From Candidatus Omnitrophota bacterium (GTDB lineage: Bacteria; Omnitrophota; Omnitrophia; Omnitrophales; Aquincolibacteriaceae), in the NCBI GenBank assembly GCA_035352955.1, contig DAOPYQ010000004.1:13381-77380 (forward strand): DNA of 64,000 nucleotides, in the 5' to 3' direction. Below the pieces are notes generated by a model. That model was not told the origin of the DNA. It searched no databases and worked only from the letters and a program-made list of their open reading frames with translations. Position numbers and translations under genes: made by a program. Within the stretch, counting starts at the first letter, position 1, and each line of letters begins with the position of its first letter. Positions 53,871 through 61,222 of the stretch are shown here, piece by piece.

Positions 53871-54211
53871 GCCAACCCCCGTTAAGCTTAAGACTTTTAA
53901 AATCCCTTGAGATATAGAAAAGATAACACCTATTGAGTTTACGTCAAATTATCCGGGTTTAATCATGAGACAGAAAATTACAATGCTATAAATTGACATA
54001 TCGCCTATTGACAAGGACTATTAAATTTTTCCGGTCCGACCGGCAGGGCCAAATCGACAGAGGAATGCGAGAAACTACGGCAGCTTCGGGAGGATAAAAA
54101 ATCAGGGAAAGACGACTCCAAAAGGATGCTTTTCGGGAATCAACAACAGAGGCCACGGATTTTCTTGCGGAAGATCCCGAAAATCACCGCGGGTTAAAAC
54201 GAGACCGATTT

Positions 54212-55591
54212 CTAGTAAGTTAAAACACTTTGCAGCTTTTTTCTATTGCGCCTAAAAAGATCGAGACCCTCTTTCGTGGCGACCCAGACGCGGTCATGCC
54301 CGTCTTGGGACACTTCGAATTTGAGGCTCTTGTAATCCTGAAAACTATAACTCCGGAGCACGTCCACAAACTCGCGGGCCGCGAGCTCCCAGAGATAAAG
54401 CATGTCCTCGTGGATCCCCCCATTGGAGACACCGGCCTGCTTCGCGTTGCGTAATGGCGCGATCACATTGAATGAAAACGAAGGTTCGGAACTTTTTTCG
54501 TAACGGAACAGAGGCTTGACGTTCGTAAAAGTGTTGTAGATCCTTTCGTCCTGGGCCACGGTCTCCTGGAGACGGCGCGTAAGCTGGCGGGAAAGGAATT
54601 CCCCCATCGTGATGTCCGGAACCTTGAACTCCGTCTCCCAGCTCGGCAAGCTCTGGTAAACCATGTCTTTCGTAAAAGAAAGCCCGGCCTCGGTCCCTTT
54701 TCCGTCCAGATAGATCAGAGGGATGATCCGCCGGATCTTTTCGCCTTCCCCCTTGGTGGAAATATGGAAAAGATATTCCATTGTCTTCGGCGGAAATGCC
54801 GGCATTTTCTTATCCCGGGAAGAAACCTCGACCTTCGCGTAGACGACAATGTCATCGTCCTGGATCGGAATACTCCTCAGGTCCAGAACCTTCCATTCCG
54901 CGCTCCCCTTCGGCAGAACCTTTCCCGCCGCGTCAGCAAAAAGGAACTCCCGGGCCCATTTCTCCTTCGCCGTCTTCGGGAAGTAAAGCTTTCCGACCGT
55001 CGCCGCATCCGCCTCATTCAGGTCCCGGAAAAAGTGCCGTACCGGCTTGTGCCAAAGCGCCGCGCGGTTGAGCCGGAATTCATGGAGAATACGCTTGCGG
55101 TATTCGCTGCGCGGGATGTCCCAAAATCGCACCCGCTTGACGTCGTCGATCTGGCCGGTAAACACAAGTTCCATACCGCTTTTCTCGACGTCCGTGGCCT
55201 GGAGATAATAAAAATCGATCTTTTTGTCCGTGGAAAGCATGACCCGCGACATCGAAAAAAGAACGTCTTCAACCTTGTCGATCGCGGCTTCCGTCGGCTG
55301 AAAAAGACTTTCCATGTCCGTCACCTTGCCGCTCATGATCGCTTCCTTGAAATCCAGCGCAAAAAGTTCGTTGAGCGGCAGGTAGACCCCGAGCGTGGTC
55401 CCGACAAATTCGACGTCGATGTGGGGGATCTTATATTCCTTGAGGGCGATCTCCTGAAGGGCTTCCCGGCAACGCTCCTCGGGATAGGTAACCGGCGAGC
55501 AGCCCGAGAAAGCCGCAAGAAGAAGAACGAAGAAAAAAGGGGTCAGACACCCTTTCCCTAAAAAGGCACCTGACCCCTTTTTGAATTCCAT
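54212..55591 (-). CDS. hypothetical lipoprotein (459 aa), between ftsH-like gene and giant gene 2
   Basis: Signal peptide with lipobox: FFFVLLLAAFSGC-SPVTY. There are no catalytic motifs. The start is 11 nt after the ftsH stop. Confidence 0.55.
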   Translation of the reverse strand: MEFKKGSGAFLGKGCLTPFFFVLLLAAFSGCSPVTYPEERCREALQEIALKEYKIPHIDVEFVGTTLGVYLPLNELFALDFKEAIMSGKVTDMESLFQPTEAAIDKVEDVLFSMSRVMLSTDKKIDFYYLQATDVEKSGMELVFTGQIDDVKRVRFWDIPRSEYRKRILHEFRLNRAALWHKPVRHFFRDLNEADAATVGKLYFPKTAKEKWAREFLFADAAGKVLPKGSAEWKVLDLRSIPIQDDDIVVYAKVEVSSRDKKMPAFPPKTMEYLFHISTKGEGEKIRRIIPLIYLDGKGTEAGLSFTKDMVYQSLPSWETEFKVPDITMGEFLSRQLTRRLQETVAQDERIYNTFTNVKPLFRYEKSSEPSFSFNVIAPLRNAKQAGVSNGGIHEDMLYLWELAAREFVDVLRSYSFQDYKSLKFEVSQDGHDRVWVATKEGLDLFRRNRKKLQSVLTY

Positions 55592-55601
55592 GTCTCAGAT
55601 C

Positions 55602-57269
55602 CTAAACCACCGGCGGCGCACCGGTGAAACGGCGCGGGTTCACTTTGCCATATTCCGCAAAAATCGCCTCGATCTCGTCGTAATCGAGTTCCTGCTTCGT
55701 AATCAACTCTTGCGCGAACCGGTCAAAAAGCTGGCTTTCCTTCCGAAGAAGCGCTTCCACCTCAGCCATACAATCCTTGATAATCTTGTCAACATCCTGA
55801 TTGAGCTTCAGCTTGGTCTCTTCCGAGAGGACAAAGGGATTTTTGTCACCGATCGTCAGGTAGTCCCCCACCAATCCGGAGGCCCCCATGCCGATCCGCC
55901 AGACCATGAAATGGGCGATCGACATCGCCTGCCGGAAGTCCGAGGTCACCCCGGTCGTGGTCGTATTGAATTTGACTTTCTCGGCAACATAGCCGGCCAA
56001 ACAAACCTTGATCTCGGCAAGCAGCGTCTCGCGGTCCTGGCTATGCCACTCTTCCATCGGCGTCGGATGGACCACGCCGAGCGAGGATTTCCTCGGAATG
56101 ATCGAAGCTTTGAACACGTCGTCGCGCGGATGCATCAAATAGGTCGAGATCAAATGGCCGGTTTCGTGATACGCGGTCATTTCAAGTTCGCGCCGGTTGA
56201 TCGTCAATTTCTGCTTCATGCCGAGCTCGATCCTCTCGATCGCTTCAGATAACTCGTGTAGGCCGACCACATCTTTCTTGTTCCGGGTGGCGATCAGCGC
56301 AGCTTCCTTGACGATGTTTTCGATGTCGGCCGGAGATTTGTCGATGGCTTTTCTGGCCAGGCGTTTGCAATCTACGGACGCTTCGTACTTTACTTTGCCG
56401 AGGTAATATTTGAAAAGTTGTTCCCGGCCTTCGAGGCTTGGCTTGCGAATATAGACTTTTCTATCAAAACGGCCGGGACGGAGCAGCGCAGGATCCAGAA
56501 TATCCTCCGCGGCGTTCGTCGCGCCGATCACAATGATGTTCTCGGACTTTTCTCCGAGGCCGTCCATGGCGACCAGCAACTGGTTCTGCGTGGTATTCCC
56601 TTCACCGCTGCCGAACTGGCTGAACGTCCGGCGGGACCCCATGGCGTCCAATTCGTCGATAAAAACAATGCAGCCGCCGAACCCATAGGCCAGGCTGGCC
56701 GCTTTTTTGAAAAGCTTTCGGACACGGCTCGCCCCGACGCCGACAAAGATCTCATTGAATTCGCTGGCGGCCATCGTGAGGAACGGCAATCCGGCTTCGG
56801 TCGCGATCGCCTTGGCGAGGTACGTTTTGCCGCACCCCGGAGGCCCCATCATCAGGATGCCCCGGAGGATCTTGCCGCCGATCTTTTTGAGACGCGCGTG
56901 ATCCTTGATCAACTGGACGACTTCCCAGCATTCATCCTTGGCTTCGTCGATCCCGATCACGTCGGAAAATTTCACATTGACCGTATTACTTTTGACCTTG
57001 TTCTTATCCAGCTTGGAAAGCGCACCGCCCTGGATCCCGACGATCACATAGGCGAACACCACGGCATTAACCGTCATCATAAGAAAGTTGATGGGAAGCT
57101 GGGCCAAGGTGATATTGCGATAATAGCTTTCGAGAGACGCCATGCCCCACCAGGAAAGGGCAAAGAGGATAATCGAGCCAAGAAGGATCGTGATTTTGAC
57201 CCAGTGGTCCATCCAAAACAGATTCCAGCGACGCCATTTATTCATAAAAACCCATCCCCTTTGATTCAA
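55602..57269 (-). CDS. ftsH: ATP-dependent zinc metalloprotease FtsH-family, atypical (very short periplasmic loop)
   Basis: Walker A GPPGCGKT. Walker B IVFIDELDA. SRH GATNAAEDILDPALLRPGRFDR. Zinc site HETGH. The two N-terminal TM helices (KITILLGSIILFAL and INFLMMTVNAVVFAYVIVGI) are only about 15 aa apart. An alternative start is MNKWRRW at 57245. Confidence 0.85.
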   Translation of the reverse strand: MNQRGWVFMNKWRRWNLFWMDHWVKITILLGSIILFALSWWGMASLESYYRNITLAQLPINFLMMTVNAVVFAYVIVGIQGGALSKLDKNKVKSNTVNVKFSDVIGIDEAKDECWEVVQLIKDHARLKKIGGKILRGILMMGPPGCGKTYLAKAIATEAGLPFLTMAASEFNEIFVGVGASRVRKLFKKAASLAYGFGGCIVFIDELDAMGSRRTFSQFGSGEGNTTQNQLLVAMDGLGEKSENIIVIGATNAAEDILDPALLRPGRFDRKVYIRKPSLEGREQLFKYYLGKVKYEASVDCKRLARKAIDKSPADIENIVKEAALIATRNKKDVVGLHELSEAIERIELGMKQKLTINRRELEMTAYHETGHLISTYLMHPRDDVFKASIIPRKSSLGVVHPTPMEEWHSQDRETLLAEIKVCLAGYVAEKVKFNTTTTGVTSDFRQAMSIAHFMVWRIGMGASGLVGDYLTIGDKNPFVLSEETKLKLNQDVDKIIKDCMAEVEALLRKESQLFDRFAQELITKQELDYDEIEAIFAEYGKVNPRRFTGAPPVV

Positions 57270-57425
57270 CCAGGTTAGTGATCTAAAAACGTTGGATTAT
57301 ACCTTTTTTACCTGAGAAACACACGTCTTACAGTTACGACAATTTGGAAGGAGTCTTAACCCCAGAGGCTCAAATCAAAAACAGAAAAACGCACTCCCAC
57401 CGCTTGCGGGACAAGTGTCGGCGGT

Positions 57426-57875
57426 TTACCACCAATAATCGTCGGGTTTCTTTTCCTCTCCGTCCCGGGCGCCCGCCGCCGGTTGGGCGGCCGGCTCCTC
57501 TGTCAACGGCGGTACTTCTTCCGGAGTCACCGCCTCCCCGGAAGCCTGTTGCTCCGCGGGCTGCGCCGCCGTCTCGCCAGGGGATTTTTCTTCCCACCAG
57601 TCCGACGTTGCCGGGGTCTTCTCGGTTTTATCGCCAGCGCCGGGTTCCTTCTTCTTTTCGTAAGGAGGTTCGATGAAGAACTTTTCCTTAGGGTTGTATT
57701 TAACGTTGTAAAGAAGCGGCCCCTTTTTCCCGTCCTTTTCCTCTTCCATTTTCTGCTTATAAAGGATCCCGTTGGTCTGGGTATCCCGGATAGGATCCTC
57801 CGCCTTCCGGATCGAACCGAGGTTCACGGACGCCAGAACCAGCACCATCATGAAGAAAACGATGTTTTTATTCAT
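57426..57875 (-). CDS. small secreted Pro/Glu/Lys-rich low-complexity protein
   Basis: Signal peptide MNKNIVFFMMVLVLASVNLG. The rest is charged low complexity ending in DDYWW. Confidence 0.4.
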   Translation of the reverse strand: MNKNIVFFMMVLVLASVNLGSIRKAEDPIRDTQTNGILYKQKMEEEKDGKKGPLLYNVKYNPKEKFFIEPPYEKKKEPGAGDKTEKTPATSDWWEEKSPGETAAQPAEQQASGEAVTPEEVPPLTEEPAAQPAAGARDGEEKKPDDYWW

Positions 57876-57924
57876 ACATAAAGAATAACCGATAAAAACG
57901 ATAACCGCAACTTCACCAATTCAA

Positions 57925-58022
57925 AAGTAAAAAATCAAAGATCAAAACCACAACTCAAAATCCAAAGCTTTTGATCTTTGAATTGTGGCTTTGCTCTTTG
58001 ATCTTTGAACTTTAAGTTTATG
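57925..58022. repeat. hairpin-rich intergenic repeat element, copy 2 (3' of uvrA)
   Basis: aattcaaaagtaaaaaatcaaagatcaaaaccacaactcaaaatccaaagcttttgatctttgaattgtggctttgctctttgatctttga. It has an imperfect long dyad and shares cores with the 19470-19565 copy. Confidence 0.4.
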
Positions 58023-58023
58023 T

Positions 58024-60792
58024 TCAATTTCCCAAATACTGTTTAAGAAACCGCCCGGTATAGGAACCGCTACAGTCAAGGAGCCCGGAAACGTCTCCCT
58101 GATACACAACCTCGCCGCCGCGATCGCCGCCCTCCGGGCCAAGGTCGATGACATGGTCCGCAAGGCTGATCACGCCCATGTGATGCTCGATCACGAGAAG
58201 CGAGTGCCCGCGCTGGATCAGTTCGTCGAACGCGCTAATGAGGTGCCGGATATCGTCTTCATGGAGCCCGGTCGTTGGTTCATCCAAAAGATAAAGTGAC
58301 GGACCCGCGCCGCCGCAAGAGAGTTCGTAAGCAAGCTTCAGCCGCTGGGCCTCCCCCCCGGAAAGTGTCAGCGTGGGCTGGCCCAGCCGCAGATACCCGA
58401 GGCCGATCTTTTGAAGAACGGAAAATTTCTGAACGAACCCCTTGCTTCCGGCAAAAAAATCCAGCGCTTCGTCAACCGTCATATTGAGGACCTCATCCAC
58501 ATTCTTGCCCTGATATTCGATTTCGAGGACTTCGGGCTTGAACCGTTTTCCGCGGCAGGCTTCGCAAGGAATGAAAATGTCCGCCAGGAAATGCATCTCG
58601 ATCTTGATCGCGCCGTCCCCCTCGCAGGCCGGGCACCGCCCCTTGCTGGAATTAAACGAAAAATGGCCGACCTCGAACCCCTCGCGCTTCGCCTGAGGCG
58701 TCGCCGCGAAAAGCTTCCGGACATCGTCAAAAGCCTTCATGAACGTCACAGGATTCGACCGGGGCGAACGCCCCAGGGGCGACTGGTCGATCAGGATCAT
58801 ATGCTCGAGATGCCGGAAACCTTTTGCCTCACGTACCGCTCCGAGATCTTCCTGGGAAACAGGCTGGCCTTTTGATTTCAGAAAATGGTTGTAGAGAATG
58901 TCGTAAAGAAAGGTACTCTTCCCGGAACCCGAAACCCCGGTAAGTACGGAAAATTTCCCGAGCGGGATCTCGACATCGATCCCTTTCAAGTTGTGCGCCT
59001 TTGCGCCGCGGATCAGGATCTTTTCCGCCGCGGACGTACGGGAATGCACCCTCCGGCTGATCCGGTTCTCGCCGCTCAGATACCGGCCGGTGCAAGACTT
59101 GCCGCATGCCTCGAGCTGCGCAACACTTCCCTGGAAAACGATCTCGCCGCCGCGGGCGCCACCGCCCGGGCCAAGGTCGATCACGGTATCCGCCGCCCGA
59201 ATCATCGTCCGGTCATGCTCCACCACCACAACCGTATTGCCGAGATCCCGGAGCTTCCTCAAAAGATCGATCAGCATCTGATTGTCACGTTCGTGAAGCC
59301 CGATGCTCGGTTCGTCGAGCACATAAAGCGTGTCCACTAGGGCGGACCCAAGCGAACTCGCCAGATGGATCCGCTCGACCTCGCCGCCCGAAAGCGTACG
59401 CGACATCCGGTCAAGCGTGAGGTACCCGAGCCCGACGTCTTTGAGGAACCGGACACGGGCAAGAAGTTCCTGATGCACCGGCCCCGTTTTTTCCTTTTCC
59501 TCGGGCGTCCAGTCGAGCCCTTCCAGGAATCCGAGAAGCGCATCGATGGCCATGCCCTGGACTTCGGCGATGTTCTTCCCGCCGATCCGGTATTGGAGAG
59601 CGTCGGTCTTGAGCCGCGTCGTCCGGCAAACGCCGCAAGGAACGTAGCCCCGGTAGCGGTTCAGAAAGATCCGGACGTGCATTTTGTACGTCCTTTTTTT
59701 TAGAAAATCGAAAAAGCCCTGGACGCTCACATACTCGTCGCCTTCATAGCCCCGGAGGATCCATTCTTTGTGCTCTTTTTTAAGTTTTGCCCACGCCGTT
59801 TTTGTGGGGATCCGCTTCCGGGCGCAAAAATCCAACAGCTGTCCCTGTTCCCACCGCGTGCCGCCTTTGGTCCAGGGCTCGATCGCGCCGTCCCGGATCG
59901 TTTTGGACGTATCGGGAACCACGAGGTCCCAATCCACGGTGATCACGCGACCGAACCCCTGGCACTCGGGACACGCTCCGAGCGGGCTATTAAACGAAAA
60001 GAGGTTCGGCGTGGGCTCCGGAAACAACCTCCCGCACGAATGGCACCGCAACGCTTCTGAAAATTTCATGACCCGCTCCCCGGCCCACACCTGCGCTTCG
60101 TTTCGCCCGAGGCGAAATGCCTGCTCCAGGGAATCCGTCAGGCGTTCCCGGTTCTTCGGGGTGATCTGCAACAGGTCGATGCTGACGAGGAGCTCCTTCA
60201 GGTCGCCCTTCCGAGCGCGCAGGACTTCGCCGCTCCCCCAGTGATTATCATAAAAAAATTCACTGAACCCCTGCCGCTCGAGTTCTTCGATGTTCTCGCG
60301 CAGATACTTCCGGCTTTTGCCGCCGAACGGCAAGGCAAAAACGATCCGGACCTCGGTCCCGGAAGAACCGGAAAGAAGGCGCGCTGCGATACCGGAAGGA
60401 TCGTGTTTCTCGACCTCCACACCGCAATCCGGACACCGGAGACGCCCCGCGCGCGCGAAAGCCACGCGAAGGTAGTCGTTGATCTCGGTCTGGGTTCCGA
60501 CGGTTGAGCGTGCGTTGGTGATGACGTTCCTGGACTGGATCGCAAGGGCCGGCGGGATCCCGGAAGCGGACTCAACCTCGGGCTTCGGCATCCTCTCGAG
60601 AAATTGTCGGGCATAGGCCGAAACGGATTCGATATAACGGCGCTGGCCTTCAGCATAGAGGGTATCAAACGCGAGCGAGGATTTCCCGGAACCGGAAACC
60701 CCTGTCACCACATAAAGCTTGCGATGCGGAAGAGTGAAGGAAAGGTCTTTTAAATTGTGGGTCTTGACTCCCCGGAGAAGAATGGCATCCAA
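58024..60792 (-). CDS. uvrA: excinuclease ABC subunit A
   Basis: MDAILLRGVKTHNLKDLSFTLP...GVSGSGKSSLAFDTLYAEGQRRY. Two ABC ATPase modules (second Walker A GVSGSGKSTF). Zinc-finger cysteines. Length 922 aa. Confidence 0.95.
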   Translation of the reverse strand: MDAILLRGVKTHNLKDLSFTLPHRKLYVVTGVSGSGKSSLAFDTLYAEGQRRYIESVSAYARQFLERMPKPEVESASGIPPALAIQSRNVITNARSTVGTQTEINDYLRVAFARAGRLRCPDCGVEVEKHDPSGIAARLLSGSSGTEVRIVFALPFGGKSRKYLRENIEELERQGFSEFFYDNHWGSGEVLRARKGDLKELLVSIDLLQITPKNRERLTDSLEQAFRLGRNEAQVWAGERVMKFSEALRCHSCGRLFPEPTPNLFSFNSPLGACPECQGFGRVITVDWDLVVPDTSKTIRDGAIEPWTKGGTRWEQGQLLDFCARKRIPTKTAWAKLKKEHKEWILRGYEGDEYVSVQGFFDFLKKRTYKMHVRIFLNRYRGYVPCGVCRTTRLKTDALQYRIGGKNIAEVQGMAIDALLGFLEGLDWTPEEKEKTGPVHQELLARVRFLKDVGLGYLTLDRMSRTLSGGEVERIHLASSLGSALVDTLYVLDEPSIGLHERDNQMLIDLLRKLRDLGNTVVVVEHDRTMIRAADTVIDLGPGGGARGGEIVFQGSVAQLEACGKSCTGRYLSGENRISRRVHSRTSAAEKILIRGAKAHNLKGIDVEIPLGKFSVLTGVSGSGKSTFLYDILYNHFLKSKGQPVSQEDLGAVREAKGFRHLEHMILIDQSPLGRSPRSNPVTFMKAFDDVRKLFAATPQAKREGFEVGHFSFNSSKGRCPACEGDGAIKIEMHFLADIFIPCEACRGKRFKPEVLEIEYQGKNVDEVLNMTVDEALDFFAGSKGFVQKFSVLQKIGLGYLRLGQPTLTLSGGEAQRLKLAYELSCGGAGPSLYLLDEPTTGLHEDDIRHLISAFDELIQRGHSLLVIEHHMGVISLADHVIDLGPEGGDRGGEVVYQGDVSGLLDCSGSYTGRFLKQYLGN

Positions 60793-60798
60793 GGCGGA

Positions 60799-61197
60799 TC
60801 AGCTTTTGACTTCGCGGCCCAAAGAGTCCCCGATGACCCGGAGGAATTGGTCCCCTCCGAACACCTTCTGGTATTTCGGAAGAATAGAAACCGACGTTGT
60901 TCCGGCATCCACGCGCTTGATCGTAAAACTGATCAAACGCTGGTCAGAATCATCCAGGCGGCTGTACTGCGTATTGCGAACGCTGAGGATGCCCTTTTCC
61001 TTGTCGGTTTCTTCGAGCACCCAACCGGGTTGGGAGTCCAGCGCCTCAAGCGTGCGAAGGTAGGTCAGATCATACGCCAGCGGATAGATCAGGACCCGGT
61101 CGTTCGGCGGCAGGACTTCGCCGACGGTGTTGCAACCGGTGAACTGAAGACACAAAAGAGCGGCAAAAAAAGCGGCGACAATATTTTTCATGATCAT
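60799..61197 (-). CDS. hypothetical lipoprotein (132 aa)
   Basis: MKNIVAAFFAALLCLQFTGC-NTVGE is a signal peptide with a lipobox. Confidence 0.5.
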   Translation of the reverse strand: MIMKNIVAAFFAALLCLQFTGCNTVGEVLPPNDRVLIYPLAYDLTYLRTLEALDSQPGWVLEETDKEKGILSVRNTQYSRLDDSDQRLISFTIKRVDAGTTSVSILPKYQKVFGGDQFLRVIGDSLGREVKS

Positions 61198-61222
61198 TTC
61201 TCCGTTGCGGTAGCTGCTCCTG

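Noticed and set aside
22900-52530. Possible CRISPR array suggested by recurring short GC-rich motifs
   Set aside because: The repeats are irregularly spaced (0.7-4.6 kb), lie in-frame inside a continuous ORF and are conserved at the peptide level rather than the DNA level. That is not CRISPR-like.
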